IMG/VR virus record: IMGVR_UViG_3300045988_080466
Strand: one strand, 5' to 3'
Source: a virus
DNA: 64,000 nt
The position numbers were made by a program, and so were the translations under genes. Positions 10,614 to 19,023 of this stretch are shown in pieces. How positions within the stretch are numbered: the stretch's first letter is position 1; every line of letters starts with the position of its first letter. Below the pieces are notes generated by a model, which saw only the letters and a program-made list of their open reading frames with translations, was not told where the DNA came from and did not search any database.

Positions 10614-10828
10614 TTCATGTAGTATTTTAGTTCATTAAGAACAAAAGTAGGGTCCAAATACGGCATCTTTTCCTTAATTTTGTTATATTGCTCGACAAGT
10701 TCTTTTTTGTCAGTTATTTTATCAGAAAACCCTAAGAAACCGTCACTGTCAGGCTTAAGAATAAGTCTGTGAATTTCACATGAAATTGCAAAGAGTATCG
10801 GGTCTGACGTCTCAAGATTGTTCATCAT
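10610..10828 (-). CDS. hypothetical protein
   Basis: Co-directional 72-aa ORF with 4-nt overlaps on both sides. Confidence 0.45.
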   Translation of the reverse strand: MMNNLETSDPILFAISCEIHRLILKPDSDGFLGFSDKITDKKELVEQYNKIKEKMPYLDPTFVLNELKYYMK

Positions 10829-11286
10829 ACAACATACGATTTTACTAAGTCGGAAATTTGTTTACCGTCTGCAGCAGGGAACTTATCTTTCATTCCTTTA
10901 ATTATTGTTCCCATATCCTTTTTTGGAATTGCAAGACTGTCGATTTTATCTTGTACCTTATAAATCAAAGCTAAGTCAAACAGACCCTTACGCAACTGCT
11001 CTTCTCCGGGAATTTCAGGTAAGAACTCATTTAGGATAAGAGATTCTTGCATCTCTATATCATACAAATCCTGTCTGCCTGCCATACGGTATTGTTCAGC
11101 ATTATCGATGCGCTGGTCTCTCAACTTCTTAATAATAGCAATCTCTGTTGCTTTATCAAGGGGTTTGGCGTTTTTCTGCGTTTCATGTACTAAGAACGCA
11201 GTTTTTATTGCTCTAAGAACTTCTGTGCGAGTTCTTGTTTTAGCTTTCATTGATTGTTTAATCAGTTCATCAATATCCTCTTTCAT
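10825..11286 (-). CDS. GatB/YqeY-domain protein
   Basis: Collinear with the YqeY pattern: IKQSMKAK..R..LR.IK ... IKKL.DQR.DNAEQYRMAGRQDL...E..IL.EFLP. Confidence 0.7.
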   Translation of the reverse strand: MKEDIDELIKQSMKAKTRTRTEVLRAIKTAFLVHETQKNAKPLDKATEIAIIKKLRDQRIDNAEQYRMAGRQDLYDIEMQESLILNEFLPEIPGEEQLRKGLFDLALIYKVQDKIDSLAIPKKDMGTIIKGMKDKFPAADGKQISDLVKSYVV

Positions 11287-11476
11287 TGTCTTCCAATATA
11301 TTTAAAATTATACCTCCTACACCCATCAACAATATGGCAGAGATACATACTCCAAACCATACATTAAGTGAGTATGCAAACACTAGAAGTAGTACCACTA
11401 AGGTTATACCTCCGAGCCCAATAGCTCCAAGTGCAAAAAATAGTGCCAATCGTTTTCGTAAATCTTCTTTATCCAT
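11270..11476 (-). CDS. small membrane protein (two hydrophobic helices)
   Basis: LALFFALGAIGLGGITLVVLLLVFA and VCISAILLMGVGGIIL hydrophobic stretches; co-directional. Confidence 0.45.
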   Translation of the reverse strand: MDKEDLRKRLALFFALGAIGLGGITLVVLLLVFAYSLNVWFGVCISAILLMGVGGIILNILEDNERGY

Positions 11477-11861
11477 TTTTCTTTATAGTATGTCTCCTCT
11501 TTATATTTTGAGCAGTACCACTATTCCAACGACCTTCTCTTACATAGGCTATATCAACATCAGATACTCTGGTCATTGCAGCATCACGCTCTTCATCAGT
11601 TTTGTAATGACCCATGTAGCTAACTCTTGATTCATCTTTAGGAGTGTTTCTTGGACTATCAAACATATGATATATAACTACTCCACAAGGAAGGTTTTCT
11701 GTTATGAAATCCATAGCCATTTTGTCTACTCCTTCATAATCACCTACTACGAAATTCTCGAAATCAGAATCATTGTAGTAGGCAGAGTAAATAGCTGGAA
11801 CGTAGTACTTCTTAAATTCTTCTTCTGTAATGTCTCTATGTCCGCTTATAAAATATATCAT
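11469..11861 (-). CDS. hypothetical protein, possible SLOG/DUF2493-like Rossmannoid
   Basis: MIYFISGHRD ... NFVVGDYEGVDKMAMDFI resembles the G-[ST]-R-D ... G..G.D..A pattern of phage SLOG-clade proteins. Recalled by eye only. Confidence 0.35.
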   Translation of the reverse strand: MIYFISGHRDITEEEFKKYYVPAIYSAYYNDSDFENFVVGDYEGVDKMAMDFITENLPCGVVIYHMFDSPRNTPKDESRVSYMGHYKTDEERDAAMTRVSDVDIAYVREGRWNSGTAQNIKRRHTIKKNG

Positions 11862-12412
11862 GGAACTATTTGTGCGTCTAAGTCTTTTTCAAAGACGTTA
11901 ATATTATACCAAGAAATTGCTTCAAGTATTCTATCTTCATGGTTAAATGCCCATTTGTATTTTGAAATATCTCTTATAGGAACCCATTGGATAGTTTTTA
12001 CTTCATTTTTCTCACCATCTCCATTCAATACAGCTTCCATAGAAGTAGATACATTATCTTTTCCGTATTTAAGAATGGTCATATAACGTAATGTTACATT
12101 GCCGTTATTACAGTGTTCTGGGTCTGTTTCAACTCCAAATAAAGCCCACTTAGATGGGTCAATTTTGACTCCAGTTTCCTCAAATGCTTCACGAGAACAA
12201 GCTTCTTCTGCTTTCTCCATATCCAAGAAACCACATGGACAATTCCAGTAACCTTGGAAATCGGGAGTTCCTTCTCCTCTTTGGTTAGCCAAGACACACC
12301 ATTCGCCCTTGATTTTACAAAATGCGAATGCAGCAACTGCACAATATCGACCAGACCAAAGTGTTTTACCAGCGTGCTCTCCTTCTTTAATTGTATAACT
12401 CCAATTTCTCAT
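11858..12412 (-). CDS. Nudix hydrolase
   Basis: Nudix box GFLDMEKAEEACSREAFEETGV (Gx5Ex7REx2EExG). Confidence 0.8.
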   Translation of the reverse strand: MRNWSYTIKEGEHAGKTLWSGRYCAVAAFAFCKIKGEWCVLANQRGEGTPDFQGYWNCPCGFLDMEKAEEACSREAFEETGVKIDPSKWALFGVETDPEHCNNGNVTLRYMTILKYGKDNVSTSMEAVLNGDGEKNEVKTIQWVPIRDISKYKWAFNHEDRILEAISWYNINVFEKDLDAQIVP

Positions 12413-12840
12413 TTATGTCTTCTTTTTGTTTTAGTTGTAACTTCCTTCTCGGATACTTCCAGAGGATTGTACTTTAGTTCATTGTAGGGTGTTAATGCAG
12501 TGCCTCCAATTCCTACTAAAGTCTTTTTATCATACTCTGATTTATATATAGATAGTACTTTATCAGTTTTTCTTTTGTATGCAATATACACTGGAATATT
12601 CTTTTTTATGCAGGTTTCAAGTTCGTTCTTGGTTCCTCTAGTCATGTCTTCGACTTTAGTTCCCCAATCAAACTCATTTATAATAAACACTGCAATATCA
12701 GAATCAGTTAATAAAGAACTCTCATATTTAGTTCCCATTTTCCAGTGGTTTGGCTCATAACCAAGAGAGTCCAGAAATATTTCTACTTCTGGAACTAGGT
12801 TGGCATGTTGCATACTATAAGATACATATGCTTTATTCAT
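12409..12840 (-). CDS. hypothetical protein, nucleoside 2-deoxyribosyltransferase/TIR-like fold suspected
   Basis: KAYVSYS ... SDIAVFIINEFDWGTKVEDMTRGTKNELETCIKKNIPVYIAY resembles the NDT-like D..G...E..A...PV layout. Start moved to ATG 12840, an 8-nt overlap with the nadD stop. Confidence 0.3.
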   Translation of the reverse strand: MNKAYVSYSMQHANLVPEVEIFLDSLGYEPNHWKMGTKYESSLLTDSDIAVFIINEFDWGTKVEDMTRGTKNELETCIKKNIPVYIAYKRKTDKVLSIYKSEYDKKTLVGIGGTALTPYNELKYNPLEVSEKEVTTKTKRRHK

Positions 12841-13393
12841 CTTTATAAAGATTAAATCGGTGAATGTATTGGCTAATAGCTTTAGGTACAAGAGGGTAAA
12901 TTTGTTTCTTGTCCTTAACCAAATACCTAATCATAGTAGAGCTTACGTCAAAAGTACAACTAATATACCCATCCACCTTCGCCTTGAATGAACTGTTGGC
13001 TCTATTTACTGCAATCAGCTTAAAGTTTTCTAATATCCATTCTCCTTCCTTCCAATTTGCAACATCATCTACAATGTCTGCACCTACAATCAGATAAAGT
13101 TCTTCGTTTGGATAATATTCCTTCAAAAGTTGTAGGGTTTGATAGGAATAGTGAGGTTCTGGAGTGTAATAGTCAATACTAGATATTGTGCAATTATCAA
13201 TTTCATCAATAGCCAGTTGTGTCATAAAACACCGGTGTTGAAATTCAGTTGCTTCGCGGTCTTTCCACACATTCTGCATAGTTGGAACCACCACTACTTC
13301 GTCAACCAAGTTATCATTTAGTGCTGATGTAATCATGTACAAATGACCCATGTGGATTGGGTCAAATGTTCCTAATAAAAATCCTACTTTCAT
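12833..13393 (-). CDS. nadD: nicotinate/nicotinamide mononucleotide adenylyltransferase
   Basis: GTFDPIHMGH (T/HxGH motif) and C-terminal SSTMIR (ISSTxIR). Start set at MKVGFLLG (ATG 13393), directly after the upstream stop. Confidence 0.85.
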   Translation of the reverse strand: MKVGFLLGTFDPIHMGHLYMITSALNDNLVDEVVVVPTMQNVWKDREATEFQHRCFMTQLAIDEIDNCTISSIDYYTPEPHYSYQTLQLLKEYYPNEELYLIVGADIVDDVANWKEGEWILENFKLIAVNRANSSFKAKVDGYISCTFDVSSTMIRYLVKDKKQIYPLVPKAISQYIHRFNLYKDE

Positions 13394-13395
13394 TT

Positions 13396-13956
13396 TTAAA
13401 ATAATGTTATTTCTTTTGTTGTTATATCGTAGCAATCTATAATTGCTTTTAATCCATTCGGTTTTATTTCTCTGGTTCCGATTCCAGCAAAGTCTAATCG
13501 TAAAACCGGGGTTTCACTATGTTTCCATTCTGAAAGTTCAATGTCATAGGTAAACCAACGGCTCCTTGATTGGTCAAATACAAATACATCCTTATCAGAA
13601 TCAATTGCCATTTGTACTGCCCAACCTGTTCCTCCCTTAACAGTGTTCCCATTAAATCCTTCTGCAATAGCATATATTGCATCAGAGTTTTTGACTTGAC
13701 ACCAATTTCTGGAAAGCAAAAACATATACTTTTCAAAGTTTTGCCTTTTTAAAGTATTGTTAGCTCTATATACAGCACACTTACCTTCTTCATATGCGCT
13801 ATTGCTTATTGGAAAATTTCCTCTTGGAGTTTTATTAATATAGTAGTAGTGACGAACTACTTCAAGACCATAGACTCTACCTATAATATCCCACATAGTG
13901 TCACTACCATCAGCTCCTCCAGAGTGCATAATATAATTAGTCAACAAAGTATCCAC
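13396..13956 (-). CDS. hypothetical protein, SLOG/DprA-like Rossmannoid suspected
   Basis: MHSGGADGSDTMW (GGAxGxD glycine-rich loop) and KGGTGWAVQMA. Confidence 0.35.
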   Translation of the reverse strand: MDTLLTNYIMHSGGADGSDTMWDIIGRVYGLEVVRHYYYINKTPRGNFPISNSAYEEGKCAVYRANNTLKRQNFEKYMFLLSRNWCQVKNSDAIYAIAEGFNGNTVKGGTGWAVQMAIDSDKDVFVFDQSRSRWFTYDIELSEWKHSETPVLRLDFAGIGTREIKPNGLKAIIDCYDITTKEITLF

Positions 13957-14395
13957 GAGAGTCCAATTCTTTTGATAAAAAACTAATAGCTTCTACACTG
14001 TATCGTTCGGTCAACTCCTCTATTTCATTGAGTAAATCATTAACCAAATCAGATACACCACAGAACCCTATATTTCCCACGAAATCGACAAGATTTTTAA
14101 TAAGTTCGGGGTCATCTACCTCGAACTTCATTTCATCCTCGAAATCATCAGGAAGATAATCGTCGTCAGCATTATAGTATCTTTCTTGAACATATACTTC
14201 CACCAAGTCAAGAGTGGCATGGACTACTTCCTCTTCAAGTCTAACAGTCAATCTGAATGCTTGAGAATCATCGTCCATTTTCTCAACTATCATATAGAAA
14301 GATTCTTCCCATGTATAATCATGGTCAGATACAAGATAGTTGGCTTCTTTTAGAGCAACTAATAACTGCTCATATATTTCGTCAATCGTTTTCAT
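13937..14395 (-). CDS. hypothetical acidic protein
   Basis: 152-aa ORF very rich in D/E (e.g. YYNADDDYLPDDFEDEMKFEVDDPE), lying between the SLOG-like gene and nadE. Confidence 0.5.
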   Translation of the reverse strand: MKTIDEIYEQLLVALKEANYLVSDHDYTWEESFYMIVEKMDDDSQAFRLTVRLEEEVVHATLDLVEVYVQERYYNADDDYLPDDFEDEMKFEVDDPELIKNLVDFVGNIGFCGVSDLVNDLLNEIEELTERYSVEAISFLSKELDSRGYFVD

Positions 14396-15293
14396 ATTTT
14401 TCTCGTGTTATATAAATGGGAGCTTTCTTACGTTTAAACTCTGATGCTGTATGACGTTTGATAATCTTATGAACGACTTCTCTTCCAAGTTCTTGTTCTA
14501 AAGAATCTTGAAGTTTATCATTCTCTGGAGAAGCTTTACAAATAAGAGTTTGTAATACTCTATCAACGTCATAATAGGTCCTGGCACCTATCTGCTCCAA
14601 GTCACTATTACTAATGCCGAGACCGTCAGTAGGAGTAAGAGCTACAGACTCTCTAATAGCTTGGATTTTATCCACATCTTCACCATCGCTCATCATTGTG
14701 TAGTAATCGCAAATCCATCTGGCTAACCTATAAACCTCAGTCTTCCACAGGTCTTGAATTGGGTCAAAGTCGCCTACATCACCATGAATAGTCCAGAATC
14801 CAAGCTGATATTCAGTTTGATTATCTGTACTCATTACTAATCCTTTATGGCGACTAGCTATATCATATAGATACATCATTCTGCACCTAGCTTGAAGATT
14901 ACCATTAGCAATAGGAGTTCTACTAGGCATTTCTTCTAGTTCATCGAGATAGTAAGAATTAGCCATATTGACATCACCTGCATCAGCACAGGCATCAAAC
15001 AAAGCTGCACGATAGGAACGTTCAAGTCTGTAAACACTAAATTCATTACAGAAGGCTTCTCCTACATGTACAGAAGTAGCGAACTCATCACTTTTATTCT
15101 TAATAGGAAGACTTCTTCCTATAAGAGGAATACCAGTCTTCTTACTAACCTCATGGCATATGGCAGCAACAACAGTGGAGTCAATTCCTCCACTGATGCC
15201 TAATACCATTGCTTTCAAACCATTAGAAGTAACATAATTTGCTGTTTCTTCTACTAAGGTATTAAATACCTTTTCATAATTTAATTCTTTCAT
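14382..15293 (-). CDS. nadE: NAD+ synthetase (ammonia-dependent type)
   Basis: PP-loop LGISGGIDSTVVA. Collinear with NadE: STDNQTEYQLGFWTIHGD, TPTDGL, C-terminal EFKRKKAP. Confidence 0.85.
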   Translation of the reverse strand: MKELNYEKVFNTLVEETANYVTSNGLKAMVLGISGGIDSTVVAAICHEVSKKTGIPLIGRSLPIKNKSDEFATSVHVGEAFCNEFSVYRLERSYRAALFDACADAGDVNMANSYYLDELEEMPSRTPIANGNLQARCRMMYLYDIASRHKGLVMSTDNQTEYQLGFWTIHGDVGDFDPIQDLWKTEVYRLARWICDYYTMMSDGEDVDKIQAIRESVALTPTDGLGISNSDLEQIGARTYYDVDRVLQTLICKASPENDKLQDSLEQELGREVVHKIIKRHTASEFKRKKAPIYITREKYEND

Positions 15294-15451
15294 TGTTTTA
15301 CTCGTTTAAGATAATAAACTATTACCCGACTGGAAACTCTGCCTCCTGATAAGAACTTAACTATAGTTGCGACTAATTCCCAACCGTCATCGCCCAGTCG
15401 ATTAAGCTCTTCGCAGGTAATGTCTGTTTTTTCTAAATATTCAAATTTCAT
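15290..15451 (-). CDS. small hypothetical protein
   Basis: Start moved to ATG 15451 (ATGA overlap with the pncB stop). GDDGWELVATI is reminiscent of DUF4177-type small proteins. Confidence 0.4.
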   Translation of the reverse strand: MKFEYLEKTDITCEELNRLGDDGWELVATIVKFLSGGRVSSRVIVYYLKRVKQ

Positions 15452-16608
15452 AGTCCAAGTTCTGCTAAACAAGAGTTAACTTCCATTGCACGTCCCGTAT
15501 GTTTGCCTTCATCATCAGATAGCTTTACACAGTCATATACCGGCTGATTAGAGTTCATCTGACAAGATGTAAGTTTCATAACAATGTTAGAGGGTTTAAA
15601 TCCAGTGTCATTGGTAAGGTTTGTACCTATACCGAACGATGCTCTAATTCTAGTCATACAATAGAGAGCAATATCTTCAGCCTTTTCAAAATCCAAAGCA
15701 TTACTAAAGATAATGGTTTTCGTAGTTGGGTCTATGCCCAATTCTTTATAGCGAGCAATCATTTTATTTACAAATTCATACTCGTCTCCAGAATCACATC
15801 GTACTCCGTCAAACAACTTAGCTTGTTTACGTGAGAAGTTCTTGATGAATACATTCGATGTGTAAGTATCGGTAAGAGCTATTCCCAAGTCTCCGTCATA
15901 GACATTTACCCAATTCTCAAGAGCCATATAATTAGCTTGTTTGTAACCGTACATAGCGCCATGAAACATAAACCATTCATGTGGATGTGTTCCCATTGGT
16001 TTCATGTCATACTTCATCGCAAAGTAACAGTTGGAAGTTCCGGTACAATAGATTGATTTCTCTTTAATATACTTAATAACTTCTTCTTGTATATTGTAAG
16101 AGAATCTTCTACGAGTTCCAAATTCAGAGAAATAAATTCCTGATTGATTGGAACGTTTGATTTTACTTTCCAATTTATTAAGCATTACAGGAATGTTGAC
16201 CTTATAGCCTAACATCCTATTTCTTAATTCTGAAACCATTGCAAGAATAGGAACTTCATAAAGAGAAACTTTATAAAGATAATCCTTCGCTATAATGTGA
16301 AGATGCTTTTCTTCATCCAAGAAGATTTGTACTTTACTTGGGTTAAATGTGAATTGAGACAACCATTCCCAGTAATGTCTTGGGATGAATCGAATAGAGT
16401 TCATAAACTCAAATTCATCACTTGTAAGTCTTACTTGAGCAAGGTTATATAACTCAATACGAAGTTGCTCAACAAACTCTTCTGTGTATTCAGTATTATC
16501 ACGGTCTTTAAACTCAAAAGTTCCTACCGCTTGTGGAAACAACTTCATGTAAGCATAAGAAGTTGTAAACTTGTATAAATCTGTATCTAAAATTGATTTA
16601 ATTATCAT
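15448..16608 (-). CDS. pncB: nicotinate phosphoribosyltransferase
   Basis: End-to-end collinearity with PncB: ILDTDLYKFT, FGTRRRFS, GTSN, PMGTHPHEW, LGIALTDTY, DSGD, FSNALD, SFGIGTNLT, KLSD..GK. Confidence 0.9.
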   Translation of the reverse strand: MIIKSILDTDLYKFTTSYAYMKLFPQAVGTFEFKDRDNTEYTEEFVEQLRIELYNLAQVRLTSDEFEFMNSIRFIPRHYWEWLSQFTFNPSKVQIFLDEEKHLHIIAKDYLYKVSLYEVPILAMVSELRNRMLGYKVNIPVMLNKLESKIKRSNQSGIYFSEFGTRRRFSYNIQEEVIKYIKEKSIYCTGTSNCYFAMKYDMKPMGTHPHEWFMFHGAMYGYKQANYMALENWVNVYDGDLGIALTDTYTSNVFIKNFSRKQAKLFDGVRCDSGDEYEFVNKMIARYKELGIDPTTKTIIFSNALDFEKAEDIALYCMTRIRASFGIGTNLTNDTGFKPSNIVMKLTSCQMNSNQPVYDCVKLSDDEGKHTGRAMEVNSCLAELGL

Positions 16609-17213
16609 TTCTCTATTGGTTGATAAATGTTTAACTTATTTTCTTTTATAAATTCTTGGAGTGCTGTTCCACCATCAATAGATGCAATTCCTGGGAGATA
16701 TACTGAAAGTCTATCCCAAATAGGTTGCAAGTTCTTAATTGTGTTAAGTACACAATAATCTCCTGCAACTCCACAAATTACAATTTCTGATTCATTCGAA
16801 AGGTATATGTCAGCTCTACTATCGTAAATATCATCAAGTGAATAAGTATAATGGCTTTTCCTGTTTGGGTCACGTTTAAGGTCTGGAAAAGCCCCATATT
16901 CCTCTTTAAACAGTCCTTTCTCAATTACATCGTATCGGAGATTATTATTCCTACAAGCTGTAAGAAGTAAATCATTAATTGCCGCACCTTGGGAATATTG
17001 GACACAATGAACTGGCCACTCTCCTCCATTTTCTTTAAAAGAGGGATGAAAGAAAGCGTGCCAGTCCACAGTAAACCACACTCTATCAAAATGCTCTTTA
17101 TACATTAATTCTTCTATATTCCATAGAGCGGGAGTAGCCCCTTTTACATATAAAGAGCCACTCTCTAAGCAGAAATCATTCTGCATATCAACTACTATAA
17201 GTATTTTACTCAT
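16605..17213 (-). CDS. pncA: nicotinamidase (isochorismatase family)
   Basis: ILIVVDMQNDF, the metal-site-like DWH...H and VHCV, and catalytic Cys context GVAGDYCV. Confidence 0.8.
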   Translation of the reverse strand: MSKILIVVDMQNDFCLESGSLYVKGATPALWNIEELMYKEHFDRVWFTVDWHAFFHPSFKENGGEWPVHCVQYSQGAAINDLLLTACRNNNLRYDVIEKGLFKEEYGAFPDLKRDPNRKSHYTYSLDDIYDSRADIYLSNESEIVICGVAGDYCVLNTIKNLQPIWDRLSVYLPGIASIDGGTALQEFIKENKLNIYQPIEK

Positions 17214-17398
17214 CGACTCCAGCTACTAAATATTCCTACAATTGCAACAATAGCCAACCATAAGGCTATCGGAATCCATAATGGGCTTAAGACCCACCAC
17301 CAAGACCAAGCTATGACACCACATAGCTTAAGAACAATAAATACTATAAGAAGAACTCCACCTATGCCAATTCCTCCACTACTGTTACTATTACTCAT
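17210..17398 (-). CDS. small membrane protein
   Basis: 62 aa, two hydrophobic Trp-rich helices (GGVLLIVFIVLKLCGVIAWSWWWVLSPLWIPIALWLAIVAIVGIF). Confidence 0.5.
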   Translation of the reverse strand: MSNSNSSGGIGIGGVLLIVFIVLKLCGVIAWSWWWVLSPLWIPIALWLAIVAIVGIFSSWSR

Positions 17399-18090
17399 AA
17401 TTCAATTATTAAAGGTTCAAACGATTGAATGTATCTCTCGTCTACTAAAGACACATTTGCCATTTTCATATCATCTAAAGTCATCAATCTGTGTTCTCCT
17501 GAATGAATGTGTCCACAGAAAGCATACTTTGGATGTTTTCTCATAATTTCATCAGCCAACCAAGGATTACCTGCATCCTCTCTAGTCCACGACTGATGAA
17601 TAATACCTAATCCACACAGCTTAGGAGCATCGTGTGAGATTACTATATCACAATGTTCGGGCATTGTGGAGTACGCTTCTATAAGAGTTTTCTCCTCATA
17701 CATATATGCCCAATTTCCAAATATCTTGCAATATGGAGTTCCCCAAATTGTGTATTCAGTTCCATCTTTATAATCAATGTAAGTATATGACTCATTATCG
17801 AGCATTACTAACTTCCCATCAGTGGGAGTATAAAGAAGGGAATTTTTGGAAAGAGTATTCTGATATATAGACGCTAATGCGAAGTCATGATTTCCGCCTA
17901 CCATAAATACTTTTTCACAAGGTAAATCTTTTACCCATTGAGCAAATTCATGACTAAGCCATTTCTTGCTTTGTGGGATATTTCTTTGCATCTTTAGTGG
18001 GGTAATATCCCCACAGATTAAGTAAATATCACACTCTTCTTTTATTTCTGGAAGAATCCCATGTAAGTCTGATAATGCGCCAAATTTCAT
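17395..18090 (-). CDS. calcineurin-like metallophosphoesterase
   Basis: SDLHG, CGDITP, GGNHDF, SHDAP and GHIHSGEH motifs in canonical order. Confidence 0.8.
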   Translation of the reverse strand: MKFGALSDLHGILPEIKEECDIYLICGDITPLKMQRNIPQSKKWLSHEFAQWVKDLPCEKVFMVGGNHDFALASIYQNTLSKNSLLYTPTDGKLVMLDNESYTYIDYKDGTEYTIWGTPYCKIFGNWAYMYEEKTLIEAYSTMPEHCDIVISHDAPKLCGLGIIHQSWTREDAGNPWLADEIMRKHPKYAFCGHIHSGEHRLMTLDDMKMANVSLVDERYIQSFEPLIIEL

Positions 18091-18338
18091 TTATGTTTCC
18101 TAGTTTTTATGTATTTCTTACTCTCTAATTGTTGGGAAGGAAGAACAAGAGTAACATCTATTTCTATGATTTCTCCTTCTTTGGGGAGGTCTGCATAGTC
18201 AGTAAGGGAGTAGTAGATGTAAGAATTAATTTCTTCATATTCTTCATCGTCTTCCCACCAAACTCCGTCTTCATTAAGGGCTGGTTTTGCTCTCCACAAA
18301 CACAGTCCTTCTTCGTCTTTTGTTATCCAAAGTCTCAT
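18087..18338 (-). CDS. hypothetical protein
   Basis: Co-directional 83-aa ORF with 4-nt overlaps. Confidence 0.45.
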   Translation of the reverse strand: MRLWITKDEEGLCLWRAKPALNEDGVWWEDDEEYEEINSYIYYSLTDYADLPKEGEIIEIDVTLVLPSQQLESKKYIKTRKHK

Positions 18339-18811
18339 TCTGTTACTTTCTTTTTAAATTCTTCAAACGACTTTATCTCTGGAACCTCGTCTCTGTTAAT
18401 TATCCAATATTTACTTGGAGCTTTACCTTTATGATTGGCTCTATATTGGTTATACATATCGGCAATTTCAAAGAATACTTCAATGTTCTCTCCCATAGCG
18501 TCTGCCAAATCCTCTATTTTAAATATAAAGTATTTGAACTGATTTCCATTTTCATCTTTCCTTGAATACAAGTCTTTTATAAATGTACTCATGGGTGGTA
18601 TTTCCACTGGCTCGTCTTCCCATGTCTGATTTCCAGCATAGAAATAAAACATCTCTTTATATATTGGCATCAAGTCTGGAACAAAATCGAATGATATAAC
18701 ATCGTCATCCTCTACCCATTCTTTTTCTCCTTCTCCACGTTTGGGATAACCACACGTATCAATAAGCCATTGCTTGCCGCTTTTATCGGTTACTGCATAT
18801 GTTTTTCTCAT
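18335..18811 (-). CDS. hypothetical protein
   Basis: Co-directional 158-aa ORF with 4-nt overlaps. Confidence 0.5.
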   Translation of the reverse strand: MRKTYAVTDKSGKQWLIDTCGYPKRGEGEKEWVEDDDVISFDFVPDLMPIYKEMFYFYAGNQTWEDEPVEIPPMSTFIKDLYSRKDENGNQFKYFIFKIEDLADAMGENIEVFFEIADMYNQYRANHKGKAPSKYWIINRDEVPEIKSFEEFKKKVTE

Positions 18812-19023
18812 ATTTCAATTTCAAATTTTATAGGTTCATCCATGTATGTCATGCCTTCTGGAATGGGAAAGTTAAATAGATGTGCAGAGTGTAAATCATT
18901 AGTACACTCATACATATCATATTTAGGGTCTACATTCCAGCTTTCACCATCAAAGATAGGAGGGTTATCGTAAAACCAACCTCTTCCATCTTTATCTATC
19001 GCGTAATAATAAGTTTTAATCAT
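18808..19023 (-). CDS. hypothetical protein
   Basis: Co-directional 71-aa ORF. Its N-terminal theme resembles the neighbour (YA.DK.G..W..D...P). Confidence 0.45.
   Translation of the reverse strand: MIKTYYYAIDKDGRGWFYDNPPIFDGESWNVDPKYDMYECTNDLHSAHLFNFPIPEGMTYMDEPIKFEIEI

Noticed and set aside
18951-18981. A fifth TATCTTTG octamer on the minus strand, inside the 71-aa ORF.
   Set aside because: It lies within coding sequence. The -33 position reads GTTG with an 18-nt spacer, so it is probably a chance occurrence. It is worth re-examining only if TSS data exist.
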